Positions 1 through 9,953 of a stretch of DNA of 64,000 nt are shown piece by piece. Made by a program: the position numbers and the translations under genes. The notes under the pieces are model-generated. The model worked only from the letters and a program-made list of their open reading frames with translations, ran no database searches and was not told the DNA's origin. Each line of letters opens with the position of its first letter. The stretch's first letter is position 1. The stretch is taken from assembly GCA_003864475.1 (NCBI GenBank), contig BGZO01000002.1, positions 16,137 through 80,136 on the forward strand. Direction: 5' to 3'. The stretch is from Candidatus Termititenax persephonae. GTDB lineage: Bacteria > Margulisbacteria > Termititenacia > Termititenacales > Termititenacaceae.

Positions 1-347
1 CAGCTTGTGATTGCTGTGTCATTCACCAAAAGCTGGTCAAGCAAGTACGCCAATTAATGCCGGCAGAAAATTCTTTGCTGGAACTGGCTGACCTGCTCAA
101 AGTCTTCGGCGACTCCACGCGTGTCAAAATCATCAGCGCCCTGCTCCACGCCGAATTGTGTGTCTGCGACATCGCCGCACTGCTGGGCATGACTAAATCA
201 GCCATCTCACATCAATTAAGAGCCTTGCGCCAAACCAAGCTGGTCAAGCACCGCAAGGCAGGCAAGATAGTCTATTACTCTTTGGACGATGAGCATGTCG
301 AGGCTATTTTCAAGCTGGGCTTGGCGCACGTCCGCGAAAGGAAATAA
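1..347 (+). CDS. ArsR/SmtB-family metal-responsive repressor (5' end lies outside the window)
   Basis: The frame of the listed 57..347 ORF stays open back to base 3 (ACDCCVIHQKLVKQVRQL-MPAEN...). It has a Cys/His-rich N-terminal motif plus the wHTH core ELCVCDIAALLGMTKSAISHQLRALR, typical of CadC/CzrA-like regulators. It sits directly upstream of a P1B ATPase. Confidence 0.85.
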   Translation, partial: ACDCCVIHQKLVKQVRQLMPAENSLLELADLLKVFGDSTRVKIISALLHAELCVCDIAALLGMTKSAISHQLRALRQTKLVKHRKAGKIVYYSLDDEHVEAIFKLGLAHVRERK

Positions 348-349
348 GC

Positions 350-2257
350 ATGTGTGAAAATTGTCAGGGTCAGAAATGTACCCCCGCAGCAAAAACACCT
401 CAAGCCGCGGCCCCGCTCCGTCTCAGCCATTATGGTCTGGGGCTGGGTGCGGTAATTTTTGCGCTCGGCTTGCTTCTCCGCCTCCCCGCGCCGCGGCCAA
501 TGTTGCTGTTCCTGGCCAGCTACCTTTTAATCGGCGGGACAATCATCTGGCAGGCCGCTAAAAATATTTTGCGCGGCCAAGTTTTTGACGAAAATTTTTT
601 AATGAGCCTCGCCAGCCTCGGCGCCTTCGCCATCGGTGAGTATCCCGAAGCCGTGGCGGTCATGCTCTTCTATCAAATCGGGGAGTTTTTTCAGGAAGCG
701 GCGGTCAGACGCTCGCGGCAGTCCATCGCCTCCTTGATGGATATTCGTCCCGATTTTGCCGTCCTGCCCAGCGGGCAAAAAGTCAATCCCGAAACGCTCC
801 AAGTCGGCGACAGCATCATCGTCCGCCCCGGCGAAAAAATCCCGCTGGATGGCGTGGTCAGCGCGGGCAGCTCCGCCCTCGACCTGACGGCCTTGACTGG
901 CGAATCCCTGCCCAGGGACGTAACGGTCGGCAGTGAAGTTCTGTCCGGGGCGGTTAATCAGAGCGGCCTGCTCACGCTCCGCGTGAGCAAACCTTTTGGC
1001 GAGTCGACCGTCAGCAAAATCCTCAATCTCGTGCAGAACGCCGAGCAGAAAAAAGCCCCGGTTGAAAACTTCATCACTAAGTTTGCGCGCTACTACACGC
1101 CCGGTGTGGTCGGCGCGGCTTGCTGTCTGGCCATCATCCCGCCGCTGGTCAGCGGGGCGGATTTTACGGACTGGCTGTACCGCGCCTTGACCTTTCTGGT
1201 CGTCTCTTGTCCCTGTGCGCTGGTCGTCTCCATCCCGTTGTCCTTCTTTGGCGGTATCGGCGCGGCCTCCAAAAATGGGATACTGGTCAAGGGCAGTAAC
1301 TTCCTCGATGCCTTGAATGACGCGGACACCGTGGTCTTCGACAAGACTGGCACCTTGACCAAAGGCATCTTTGTCGTAACCCAGATTGTCCCCGCCAGCG
1401 GCCTGACCGCGGAAAAATTACTCGACATCGCCGCGCACGCTGAACTGCACTCCAATCACCCCATCGCCGTCTCGATACGCCAAGCCTACGGAAAAAAACC
1501 AGACCGCGACCGCCTGACCCAGTATGTGGAAATCGCCGGACAGGGCATCAAGATAAAACTCGACGGTCAAGACGTGCTGGCCGGCAACACCAAATTGCTG
1601 GCCCAAGAAAATATCCCGCTGCCTGACCCAGCGGACAAGGGGCAGGCGGACAACGGTACTGTCGTTTATCTGGCGGTAAATAAAAAACTGGCCGGGCATA
1701 TCGTCATCTCTGATGAAATCAAACCCGACAGCCCGGCGGCCATCGCCGAACTCCAAAAAATCGGCATAGCCAATATCGCGCTCTTGACCGGGGACAATCA
1801 GGCCACAGCCGCCAAAATCGCCGCCGGGTTAGGTATCAAAAATTTTTATGCGGAACTGCTGCCTCAAGAAAAGGTCGAGCAATTGAGAAAAATATCACAA
1901 AATAAACGCGCCAAAACTATTTTTGTCGGGGACGGCATCAATGACGCGCCCGTGCTGGCAATCAGCGATATCGGCGTGGCAATGGGCGGGGTCGGGTCGG
2001 ATGCGGCCATCGAAGCGGCAGACATTGTCTTGATGACTGACGAGCCGTCCAAGTTGCCGTCCGCCATAAAAATCGCGCGTTTTACGCGGCGCATCGTCCA
2101 GCAAAATATCACGCTGGCCTTGGGCATCAAAGGCTTGATTCTATTGTTCAGCGCGGCTGGTCTAGCCAATATGTGGTTTGCGGTCTTCGGCGATGTCGGC
2201 GTTAGTTTTCTGGCCATCCTTAATGCCCTGCGGATTTTAAGCAAAAAACCAGCCTAA
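350..2257 (+). CDS. P1B-type heavy-metal-translocating ATPase (Cd/Zn/Co type, CadA/ZntA-like)
   Basis: 635 aa. Motifs: transmembrane CPC (VVSCPCALVVS), phosphorylation site DKTGTLT, SNHPIA, hinge GDGINDAP. The N-terminus is a short CENCQGQKC rather than a full HMA domain. Only a 2-nt gap follows the ArsR gene. Confidence 0.9.
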   Translation: MCENCQGQKCTPAAKTPQAAAPLRLSHYGLGLGAVIFALGLLLRLPAPRPMLLFLASYLLIGGTIIWQAAKNILRGQVFDENFLMSLASLGAFAIGEYPEAVAVMLFYQIGEFFQEAAVRRSRQSIASLMDIRPDFAVLPSGQKVNPETLQVGDSIIVRPGEKIPLDGVVSAGSSALDLTALTGESLPRDVTVGSEVLSGAVNQSGLLTLRVSKPFGESTVSKILNLVQNAEQKKAPVENFITKFARYYTPGVVGAACCLAIIPPLVSGADFTDWLYRALTFLVVSCPCALVVSIPLSFFGGIGAASKNGILVKGSNFLDALNDADTVVFDKTGTLTKGIFVVTQIVPASGLTAEKLLDIAAHAELHSNHPIAVSIRQAYGKKPDRDRLTQYVEIAGQGIKIKLDGQDVLAGNTKLLAQENIPLPDPADKGQADNGTVVYLAVNKKLAGHIVISDEIKPDSPAAIAELQKIGIANIALLTGDNQATAAKIAAGLGIKNFYAELLPQEKVEQLRKISQNKRAKTIFVGDGINDAPVLAISDIGVAMGGVGSDAAIEAADIVLMTDEPSKLPSAIKIARFTRRIVQQNITLALGIKGLILLFSAAGLANMWFAVFGDVGVSFLAILNALRILSKKPA

Positions 2258-2317
2258 TTGACAGACAATATCCCTGCCCCCACAGACCGCCCGCCGCGCT
2301 GGCTGTCCCGCCGCCGC

Positions 2318-2346
2318 TTGACAAGCAAAAAAATCTCTGTTATATT
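2318..2346 (+). promoter_or_regulatory. sigma70-type promoter of adhE (TTGACA, 17 nt spacer, TATATT)
   Basis: TTGACA at 2318-2323, an exact 17-nt spacer, and TATATT at 2341-2346, which is 32 nt upstream of the adhE ATG. Confidence 0.6.
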
Positions 2347-2364
2347 CGTGAAATAAATCACGAA
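2345..2364 (+). promoter_or_regulatory. Candidate Rex operator (TTCGTGA-AATAAA-TCACGAA)
   Basis: A perfect 7-bp inverted repeat with a GTGA-N6-TCAC core, as in published Rex boxes (TTGTGAAnnnnTTCACAA). It overlaps the -10 element of the adhE promoter, and a rex gene lies at the end of the same locus. Confidence 0.55.
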
Positions 2365-2377
2365 TGAAAGGGGCTTT

Positions 2378-5029
2378 ATGGTCAAAACTGCAAAAAAAAT
2401 AAAAGAGGTGCAACCAGCGGGCGGCAATGCCTTGACGCTGGAGGCATTCCACGCGCTGATTGCCCAAGTCAAAGAAGCGCAGAATATTTACGCCACTTAT
2501 TCCCAAGAAAAGGTGGACGCGATATTCAAGGCGGCGGCCACGGCGGCAGATAAGGCCCGCATCGACCTGGCGGAAATGGCGATTGCGGAAACTGGCATGG
2601 GTGTATTGGAAGACAAAATCATCAAAAATCATTTTGCCGCGGAGTACATTTACCACAAGCATAAAAACGCCAAGACCTGCGGCGTGATTGCTTGGGACAA
2701 AGTCAATGGCATCAAGACCGTGGCGGCACCGCTCGGTATCATTGCCGGCATAGTGCCGACCACGAATCCAACTTCGACCGCGATTTTTAAATCCCTACTG
2801 GCTTTGAAAACCCGCAATGCGATTATTTTTTCCCCTCACCCGCGTGCCAAAAAATGCACGGTGGCGGCGGCACGGCTAGTGCTGGAAGCGGCAGTCAAAG
2901 CTGGTGCACCAGCCAATATCATCGCTTGGCTTGAGGAGCCGACGATTGAATTGAGCAACGCCCTGATGCATCACCCTGATGTGCAGGCGATTTTGGCCAC
3001 AGGCGGTCCCGGCATGGTCAAGGCGGCTTACTCCAGCGGCAAACCTGCCCTGGGCGTTGGTCCCGGCAATACGCCGGCCATTATCGACGAGACGGCTGAC
3101 ATTAAGCTGGCGGTCTCCTCGATACTGCTCTCCAAAACTTTTGACAACGGCATGATTTGCGCTTCCGAGCAGTCCATCGTCGCGGTCGCCGATATATACA
3201 AAGAGGTCAAGAAAGAACTGACCCTGCGCGGCGCGTATCTGCTCAGCCGTGCGGAGGCGGACAAGCTGGGCAAAATCATTCTCAGCGAGAAAGGCACGAT
3301 TAATGCCCAAATCGTCGGGCAACCCGCCAGCAAGATTGCCGCGCTGGCTGGCCTGAAAGTTCCCAGCCATGCCAAGGTCTTGGTCAGCGAGGAAACTTCC
3401 TACGCCGCGGACAACCCCTTCGCTTACGAAAAACTCTCACCGATTTTGACTTTGTACAAAGCCAAAGATTATCGGGAGGCCGTGGCTATCGCGGCCACGC
3501 TGATTGAACTGGGCGGTCTGGGACACACCTCGGTGCTGTACACGGACGAGCGTACCCAGGAACGCATCGATTATTTCGCCACCAAGCTACCGACCTGCCG
3601 TCTGCTAATCAATTCTCCCTCTTCGCACGGCGGCATCGGCGACTTGTATAATTTCCGTCTAGAACCTTCGCTGACCCTGGGCTGCGGCTCCTGGGGCGGC
3701 AACTCCGTCAGCGGCAACGTCGGCGTGAAGCATCTCCTCAATCTAAAAACTGTCGCGGAAAGGAAGGAAAATATGCTGTGGTACAGAGTTCCCCCGAAAA
3801 TTTATTTCAAACGCGGCTCGACCGACCTCGCCCTGCGCGAGTACGAAGGCAAGAAACGCGCGTTCATTATTACCGACCGCTTCTTATTCAACAGCGGCGC
3901 GGTGCGCAGTCTGACCAACGTGCTGGAGGAAATCGGCACAGCTTACGAGATTTTCTTCGAAGTGCAGCCTGACCCGACGCTCAGCACGGTCAAGGCCGCC
4001 CTGAATATCGTCCGCCCTTACGAACCAGACCTCATCATCGCCCTGGGCGGCGGTTCGCCCATGGACGTGGCGAAGATTATTTGGCTCATGTACGAACAGC
4101 CGGACACCAAGTTTGAGGACATCTCGATGCGCTTCATGGACATCCGCAAACGCATCTGCGCCATCCCTGAGCTTGGCCAAAAAGCCAGCCTGGTCTGCAT
4201 CCCCACCACTTCCGGCACAGGCTCGGAAGTTACGCCCTTCTCCATCATCACCGATGACAAGGAACACGTGAAATACGCCATCGCCGACTACGCGCTCACG
4301 CCGTCCATGGCCATCATCGACCCGGACTTTGTGGACAGTATGCCCAAAAGTCTGACCGCCGCAGGCGGCATCGATGCGCTGGTACATGCGGTCGAGGCCT
4401 ATGTCTCCATTATGGCCACCAACTTTACCAATGCGCAGGCGCTGGAAGCCATCAAGCAGATATTCCGTTACCTGCCGCGCTCCTACCGGGAAGGCCGGAA
4501 TGACCCGCGCGCCCGTGAAAAAATGCATTACGCGGCGACGATTGCGGGCATGTCCTTTGCCAATGCGTTCCTCGGTATTTGCCACTCTATGGCGCATAAA
4601 ATCGGTGCGGCTTTTAATATCCCGCACGGTATCGCCAACGCCCTGCTCATCTGCCAGGTCATCCGTTTCAACGCGACGGACTGCCCCAAGAAGCAGGCGG
4701 CCTTCCCGCAGTACAAAGCGCCGGAGGCCAAGAAACGTTACGCGCAAATCGCGCATAATCTCTATCTGGGCGGCCAGACCGAGGATGAGCAGGTCGAGCT
4801 GCTGCTCCAGGCCATTGCCCAGTTGAAAGCCGATTTGGAAATACCCAGCTCTATCCAGGAATACTTTGCCAAACACAATCCGGCAGTACAGGAAGCGGAT
4901 TTCTTGGCGAAGCTGGATTTTCTGGTACGCAACGCTTTCGATGACCAATGCACCGGAGCCAATCCTGTTTATCCGTTGCTGAGCGACATCCGGCAGATTT
5001 ATTTGGACGCGTATTACGGGAAATTTTAA
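2378..5029 (+). CDS. adhE: Bifunctional acetaldehyde-CoA / alcohol dehydrogenase
   Basis: 883 aa. The N-terminal half is an aldehyde dehydrogenase (GMICASEQS catalytic Cys region). The C-terminal half is an iron-type ADH (GGGSPMDVAK, HSMAHKIG). Confidence 0.95.
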   Translation: MVKTAKKIKEVQPAGGNALTLEAFHALIAQVKEAQNIYATYSQEKVDAIFKAAATAADKARIDLAEMAIAETGMGVLEDKIIKNHFAAEYIYHKHKNAKTCGVIAWDKVNGIKTVAAPLGIIAGIVPTTNPTSTAIFKSLLALKTRNAIIFSPHPRAKKCTVAAARLVLEAAVKAGAPANIIAWLEEPTIELSNALMHHPDVQAILATGGPGMVKAAYSSGKPALGVGPGNTPAIIDETADIKLAVSSILLSKTFDNGMICASEQSIVAVADIYKEVKKELTLRGAYLLSRAEADKLGKIILSEKGTINAQIVGQPASKIAALAGLKVPSHAKVLVSEETSYAADNPFAYEKLSPILTLYKAKDYREAVAIAATLIELGGLGHTSVLYTDERTQERIDYFATKLPTCRLLINSPSSHGGIGDLYNFRLEPSLTLGCGSWGGNSVSGNVGVKHLLNLKTVAERKENMLWYRVPPKIYFKRGSTDLALREYEGKKRAFIITDRFLFNSGAVRSLTNVLEEIGTAYEIFFEVQPDPTLSTVKAALNIVRPYEPDLIIALGGGSPMDVAKIIWLMYEQPDTKFEDISMRFMDIRKRICAIPELGQKASLVCIPTTSGTGSEVTPFSIITDDKEHVKYAIADYALTPSMAIIDPDFVDSMPKSLTAAGGIDALVHAVEAYVSIMATNFTNAQALEAIKQIFRYLPRSYREGRNDPRAREKMHYAATIAGMSFANAFLGICHSMAHKIGAAFNIPHGIANALLICQVIRFNATDCPKKQAAFPQYKAPEAKKRYAQIAHNLYLGGQTEDEQVELLLQAIAQLKADLEIPSSIQEYFAKHNPAVQEADFLAKLDFLVRNAFDDQCTGANPVYPLLSDIRQIYLDAYYGKF

Positions 5030-5081
5030 GTCCGGCGCGGCCCGCCCTGCGGCGTAAGATTAAGGACGGCAAGGAAAAAAG

Positions 5082-6737
5082 ATGAACAGCGCCAACCCTG
5101 TTTATACTTTGCAAAACGAATGTCAAGACTGCTACAAATGTGTCAGGGTTTGCGCGGTCAAAGCAATCAAGATTCGCGACGGCCACGCTGAAGTAATGCC
5201 GGAACGCTGTGTGGCCTGCGGCGCCTGCGTGGCCAATTGTCCGGCCGGAGCCAAGCGCATCCGTTCCGACTTGGAAAAAGTCCGTAACCTGCTGCGCCAA
5301 AAGAAAAAAGTTATCGTGTCGCTGGCTCCCAGCTGGCGCGGCGTTTTTGGCTATACTCCAGCCAGAATGATTGCTGTCCTGCAGGCCCTAGGTTTTGCGG
5401 CGGTCAGCGAGACGGCTTTGGGTGCCCAGGAAGTTTCCATCCGCACCGCGCAAATATTGAATGAGGCCGACGGCAGGCTGTACATATCCAGCGCCTGTCC
5501 GGTCATCGTGGACTATGTGCGGCTCTATCAGCCGGAAGCCGCGCCCTGTCTCCTGCCGCTGGCCTCGCCGTTGCTGACCCACGCCAAATTTTTGCAAGAC
5601 CACTGCGGCAGGGATATTGCGGTGGTCTTCATCGGGCCTTGCATCGGCAAGAAAAATGAAGCTGACCGCAATCCAGAATTGCTGGCCGCCGCGCTCACTT
5701 TTGCTGATTTAAAATATTGGCTCAAAGAAGCCTACCTCGACGTGGAAACCCTGCCGGATGCTGACAAAAAATTTTTGCCCGAAACCGCCCACGAAGGCTC
5801 GCTCTATCCCTTGGGCGGCAGCATGAATGAAACCATCCGCCGTGTCGGCGTGCGGGACAAGGTGCGGTTGATTAATATTTGTTCCTTGGCTTTGTTGGAC
5901 GAAGCCTTGAAAGGCCTCGTCCCCCAAAAACTGGACAAACCTACCTTCATCGAGGCTTTGGCCTGCGTCGGCGGCTGCATCGCCGGACCCTGCGCCGCCG
6001 GGAAACGCCCGCGCCTGCTGATGATGAGTGAAGTGCTGGACAGCGTGCAGTACCGCACCGTGATTCCTCCAGAGCCGCGCACCGTCGTGCCGTACCAATA
6101 TCCGCCAGCCGCCTTGCCGCCCAAAAGGTACGCGCCGGAAGAATTGCAGGCCGCGCTCAAAAAACTTGGCAAACACACGCCGGAGGATGAACTGAACTGT
6201 TCCGGCTGCGGCTACAACACCTGCCGTGATTTGGCGCAGGCTCTGCTGGACGGCACGGCCGAAATCTCGATGTGCGTTTCTTACATGCGTAAGACCGCGA
6301 CGCGCAAGGCCGCCGCCCTGCTCAAGTCCATGCCCTCCGCGCTGATTATGCTGGACAAAAACCTTGCCGTATTGGAAGTAAACGAGGCTTGCCACAAAAT
6401 GTTTAAGGAAAACGAAATCGCCGATTTTTTCCCTTTGTTTCGGACAACACTACGCACCGGCCAAGATTTACACCAAGAGCATTATGTTTATAAAAATCGG
6501 CTCTATGACCTCCATGTTTTTTCGGTGGAGCCGGATGAAGTGGTCGGCGCTTTAATCACGGATGTTACCAGAACACAGGAAGGGCGGGAGAGGGTGGCCG
6601 GCAAAGCCCGGGAAGTAATCGCCAAAAACATCGCCACTGTGCAGGAAATCGCCAGCCTGCTCGGCGAACACATGGTGGAAACCGAGGCGCTGCTAGATTC
6701 GATTGCCGCGGATTATTCCGACTATCAGGAGGATTGA
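5082..6737 (+). CDS. hydS: Sensory-type [FeFe]-hydrogenase paralogue with C-terminal PAS domain (HydS-like, group C)
   Basis: Two ferredoxin-type Cys motifs (CYKCVRVC, CVACGACVANCP). H-domain motifs are SSACP (Ala where catalytic enzymes have the first Cys of TSCCP), GPCIGKKNE and ALACVGGCIAGP. An extra CSGCGYNTC motif follows, then a PAS-like segment and a coiled tail. Confidence 0.8.
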   Translation: MNSANPVYTLQNECQDCYKCVRVCAVKAIKIRDGHAEVMPERCVACGACVANCPAGAKRIRSDLEKVRNLLRQKKKVIVSLAPSWRGVFGYTPARMIAVLQALGFAAVSETALGAQEVSIRTAQILNEADGRLYISSACPVIVDYVRLYQPEAAPCLLPLASPLLTHAKFLQDHCGRDIAVVFIGPCIGKKNEADRNPELLAAALTFADLKYWLKEAYLDVETLPDADKKFLPETAHEGSLYPLGGSMNETIRRVGVRDKVRLINICSLALLDEALKGLVPQKLDKPTFIEALACVGGCIAGPCAAGKRPRLLMMSEVLDSVQYRTVIPPEPRTVVPYQYPPAALPPKRYAPEELQAALKKLGKHTPEDELNCSGCGYNTCRDLAQALLDGTAEISMCVSYMRKTATRKAAALLKSMPSALIMLDKNLAVLEVNEACHKMFKENEIADFFPLFRTTLRTGQDLHQEHYVYKNRLYDLHVFSVEPDEVVGALITDVTRTQEGRERVAGKAREVIAKNIATVQEIASLLGEHMVETEALLDSIAADYSDYQED

Positions 6738-6740
6738 CTT

Positions 6741-7904
6741 TTGTTTATCGATATCGCCTGCGCTCAACTCAAGAAACATAAGCAAAACGCTTTTGGTGAT
6801 TATTTTCTCTCACAGAGAATACCTGAGGAGAACCGTCTGCTAGCGGTCTTGTCCGACGGGCTGGGGAGCGGCATCAAGGCCTCTATCCTCGCCAAGATGA
6901 CCGCCACGATGCTCCTGCGGTCCATCGCCAAAAATATCGAAATCAAAAAGGCCGCCGAGATTATGCTGAACTCCCTGCCCGTCTGCAAAGTCCGCGGTAT
7001 CAGTTACGCGACCTTCTCGGTTATTGACTGCGACGAGGACGGCAACGTCAGTGTGGTCGAGGAAGGCAATCCTGATTTCTTGCTACTGCGCGGCGGCCGG
7101 GTCCAACCGATAGAGCATCACGAGATTGTGTCGAAAACCCAGCCCGACCGCAAACTCCGCACCTATCATTTTAAGACGGAACTGGGCGATCGGCTGATTT
7201 TTTGTTCGGACGGCGTAACCCAAGCCGGGTTAGGCAACAATCCCGCTTATCCGCGCGGTTTCGGCAAGGACGGGCTTTTGGCTAAGCTACAGGACGCGCT
7301 CACCGCCGACCAAACTATGGCCAGCGGCGACTTGGCCAAATTTATCGCGCAGAGCGCGGCGCAGGTCGAGCCGCATAGTCAACCCAAAGACGACATCTCG
7401 GCTTGTGTGGTTTATTTTAGAAATCCCCGGGAAGCCCTGATTTTTACCGGCCCGCCGTATGACCAAGAAAAAGACACCTACTACGCCATCCTTTTCGCGG
7501 AATTTTCGGGCAAAAAAATCATCTGCGGCGGCACCACCGCCAATATTATTTCCCGGGAACTCGACCGCCCGGTCGTTACCGAACCCGGCGAACAAAGCGG
7601 TAGTCTGCCGCCCAGCGCGTCGATGCCCGGGGTCGACTTGATTACCGAGGGTATCCTGACTTTGACCCGGGCCTTGGAATATTTGGAAAAAGGTCAGTTG
7701 GAGGAAAAAGACGCAGCCGGACAGCTGGTCGCCTTGATTCTGCAGACCGACGTTCTGCACTTCCTGCTGGGAGCTAAAATCAATCAAGCGCACTATGACC
7801 CGGCGCTGCCTATCGAGATAGAAATTCGCCGGAATATTGTCAAAAAGATTGCGGCAATTTTAGGTTCTAAATATTTTAAGAAAGTTAATATACAATGTAT
7901 CTAA
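6741..7904 (+). CDS. PP2C/SpoIIE-family serine phosphatase with an uncharacterised C-terminal domain of about 170 aa
   Basis: TTG start 9 nt after AGGAGG. Motifs LAVLSDGLGSGIKASILA and LIFCSDGV are typical of SpoIIE-like PP2C phosphatases. The C-terminal half (FTGPPYDQEKD...GGTTANII...) has no domain I recognise. Confidence 0.75.
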   Translation: MFIDIACAQLKKHKQNAFGDYFLSQRIPEENRLLAVLSDGLGSGIKASILAKMTATMLLRSIAKNIEIKKAAEIMLNSLPVCKVRGISYATFSVIDCDEDGNVSVVEEGNPDFLLLRGGRVQPIEHHEIVSKTQPDRKLRTYHFKTELGDRLIFCSDGVTQAGLGNNPAYPRGFGKDGLLAKLQDALTADQTMASGDLAKFIAQSAAQVEPHSQPKDDISACVVYFRNPREALIFTGPPYDQEKDTYYAILFAEFSGKKIICGGTTANIISRELDRPVVTEPGEQSGSLPPSASMPGVDLITEGILTLTRALEYLEKGQLEEKDAAGQLVALILQTDVLHFLLGAKINQAHYDPALPIEIEIRRNIVKKIAAILGSKYFKKVNIQCI

Positions 7905-7921
7905 CGGAAGGAGAATAAATT

Positions 7922-8191
7922 ATGCGTCCTATCGAAGTAGAAATTTGCCTTGGCACCACTTGTTTTGTCATGGGAGCCAGCGCTCTGCAAAACTTACAGC
8001 TGCCCGAATCCCTGCGAGCCAAGGTCAAAATTTCTTACGTCCGCTGCCTGCATCTCTGCAAAAACATGGATAAATTCCGCAAGGCTCCTTACGCCCGGAT
8101 TGACGGCGAAGTTATCGACGAGGCCGCGCCAGAAAAAATCATACAAAACATCACACAAAAAATAAAGGATATTGCCCATGCGACAAATTGA
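7922..8191 (+). CDS. Small thioredoxin-like [2Fe-2S] protein (NuoE/HndA-like)
   Basis: 89 aa. Cys pattern C-x4-C ... C-x3-C (ICLGTTC ... RCLHLC). RBS GGAG. It overlaps the next gene. Confidence 0.6.
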   Translation: MRPIEVEICLGTTCFVMGASALQNLQLPESLRAKVKISYVRCLHLCKNMDKFRKAPYARIDGEVIDEAAPEKIIQNITQKIKDIAHATN

Positions 8192-9632
8192 AATTCAAAA
8201 ACTAAAGCGCGAAATTTTGGTTTACTTAATCAAGGCGTTTTACAGCGCTGACTTTGCCGAGCAGGTTCGTTTAATCCCGTATGACATGCGTCCCAAAGGT
8301 TCCGCCGTGCCTTTCCGCTGCTGCATTCACAAGGAACGCGCCGTACTGCGTTCCCGTACTCTGGCGGGTTTAGGCTTGGCCATCGAAGATGACAATGAAC
8401 GCACGGAACTGTCAATTTACGCCGCGCAATCCCTGCAAAGAACCAAAAATGCGGAGCATCCCCTGACCGTGCTGGGCAGTGCCTGCCAAGGCTGTGCGGA
8501 AAGTTTTATCCATATAACCGACCTTTGCCAAAACTGCGTCGCCAAGTCCTGCATCAATTCCTGTAAATTTGGGGCCATCACGGCCACGCGTGGCCGCGCG
8601 GTTATTAACAACGCCCAATGCAAAAAATGCTGTCTGTGCATCAAAGCCTGCCCGTATCAAGCCATCGTCAAAACCATTGTCCCCTGTGAAAACGCCTGCC
8701 CGACGGGAGCCATCGCCAAGGACACCAACGGGCTGGCGCGCATTGACACGGCCAAATGCATCGCCTGCGGACACTGCTTGGTCGTCTGCCCTTTCGGCGC
8801 GATTCATAATAAGAGCCAGCTAATCGATGTCCTAAAAAAAATCAAAACCCGGCAGAAAGTTATCGCGCTAATCGCGCCTGCCCTGCTTGGCCAAATGCCC
8901 TGCACGGCCGGACAATTGCACAGCGCTTTGCAAAAAATCGGCTTCGCACAGGTGTACGAAGTCGCGCAGGGAGCGGAAACCACCGCCCGGGTCGAGGCCA
9001 AGGACTTACGCCAACGCCTGCAAAAAGGACTGGCTTTCATGACCACTTCCTGCTGTGCGGCGTACAACGAACTGGCCAGAAAACATTTGCCGGAAATCAA
9101 GCCTTTTGTCTCGGACACCAAAACGCCCTTGGCCTACACCGCCGCAATCGCCCGGCGCGCCAATCCTGAAGCGGTCAATGTTTTTATCAGCCCCTGCCTG
9201 GCCAAATATCCAGAAGTCAATCAAGACAGCAATGTTGACCATATCTTAACTTTTGAGGAAATCGGGGCTTTGCTGGTGGCGTTAAATATCGAGCCGGCCG
9301 AATTGCCGGAAGAAAACTTTGCCCACGTCTCCGCCCGTGAAGCGCGCGGTTTTCCACTCAGCGGCGGTGTGGCCAAATCTGTCCTTGCCGCCTGGGACGG
9401 TGCGCCGCAGGAAGTAACCCCGGCGTTCATCAACGGCCTAAACAAAGCCTCGCTCGCTGAACTGCGCGCCTACGCCAAGCAAGGACGCTGCGCCCGCGGC
9501 AATCTGCTGGAAATCATGTGCTGCCTGGGCGGCTGTGCCAATGGTCCCGCCGTATTGAACACCGAAAAGGCCGCCACCGCGCAAATCGAAAAATACGCCA
9601 GCGAGGCGGAAAGTTTGCAAAGTCTGCGCTGA
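8178..9632 (+). CDS. [FeFe]-hydrogenase, catalytic-type H-domain with N-terminal Cys-rich region and multiple 4Fe-4S motifs
   Basis: Motifs CQNCVAKSCINSC, CKKCCLCIKACP, CENACP and CIACGHCLVVCP. H-cluster motifs are TTSCCAAY (both Cys present), SPCLAKYPE and EIMCCLGGCANGP. I prefer ATG 8178 (AGGA 8 nt upstream) over the listed TTG at 8172. Confidence 0.8.
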   Translation: MRQIEIQKLKREILVYLIKAFYSADFAEQVRLIPYDMRPKGSAVPFRCCIHKERAVLRSRTLAGLGLAIEDDNERTELSIYAAQSLQRTKNAEHPLTVLGSACQGCAESFIHITDLCQNCVAKSCINSCKFGAITATRGRAVINNAQCKKCCLCIKACPYQAIVKTIVPCENACPTGAIAKDTNGLARIDTAKCIACGHCLVVCPFGAIHNKSQLIDVLKKIKTRQKVIALIAPALLGQMPCTAGQLHSALQKIGFAQVYEVAQGAETTARVEAKDLRQRLQKGLAFMTTSCCAAYNELARKHLPEIKPFVSDTKTPLAYTAAIARRANPEAVNVFISPCLAKYPEVNQDSNVDHILTFEEIGALLVALNIEPAELPEENFAHVSAREARGFPLSGGVAKSVLAAWDGAPQEVTPAFINGLNKASLAELRAYAKQGRCARGNLLEIMCCLGGCANGPAVLNTEKAATAQIEKYASEAESLQSLR

Positions 9633-9953
9633 AGTGATTATTTGCTCGCCCCGCCGCCGCCCAGCGCCTAGCCAGCGTAACCTTGGCAAGACTGGTCAAG
9701 GCAAGGCTGTGTCAGCATAAGTTGACATCATGTATGCTACAGCATACGATACTACGGCGGACGAAATTGAATTAAACCTGTGTTGACAAAATGGTTTGAC
9801 AGTTTAAGAAACTCTAGGGCAAAACTGGTAATAGGCGCAAGATTGTGCCGCGCCGGGGAATCTTGGCTGAAGAATTAACTCGGGAGATTTAGATGTTAAA
9901 AAAAGTCGCGCACACGCTTGGTTATCGCTTAGCCTTAGTTCCGCGGCGTTGAG

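Noticed and set aside
3884-4948. A 354-aa ORF on the minus strand inside adhE. Similar long antisense ORFs occur at 15981-17048 in purL, 43666-44679 in mfd, 47477-48520 in pheT, 38848-39630 in rpoD, 39867-40709 in dnaG, 5709-6395 in hydS and 23918-24835 in rpoC.
   Set aside because: All lie antisense to genes with unambiguous conserved motifs. Their translations are Arg/Gly/His-rich low-complexity sequence typical of shadow ORFs in GC-rich DNA, and none has an RBS.
9722-9785. A promoter-like TTGACA-17-TACGAT with an embedded palindrome GTATGCT-AC-AGCATAC, plus an 18-codon mini-ORF (ATG at 9730), about 200 nt upstream of rex. This could be a leader peptide or small RNA.
   Set aside because: The mini-ORF has no RBS. 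The element sits far from the rex start, and I could find no supporting terminator or anti-terminator structure. I note it but cannot support it as a feature.
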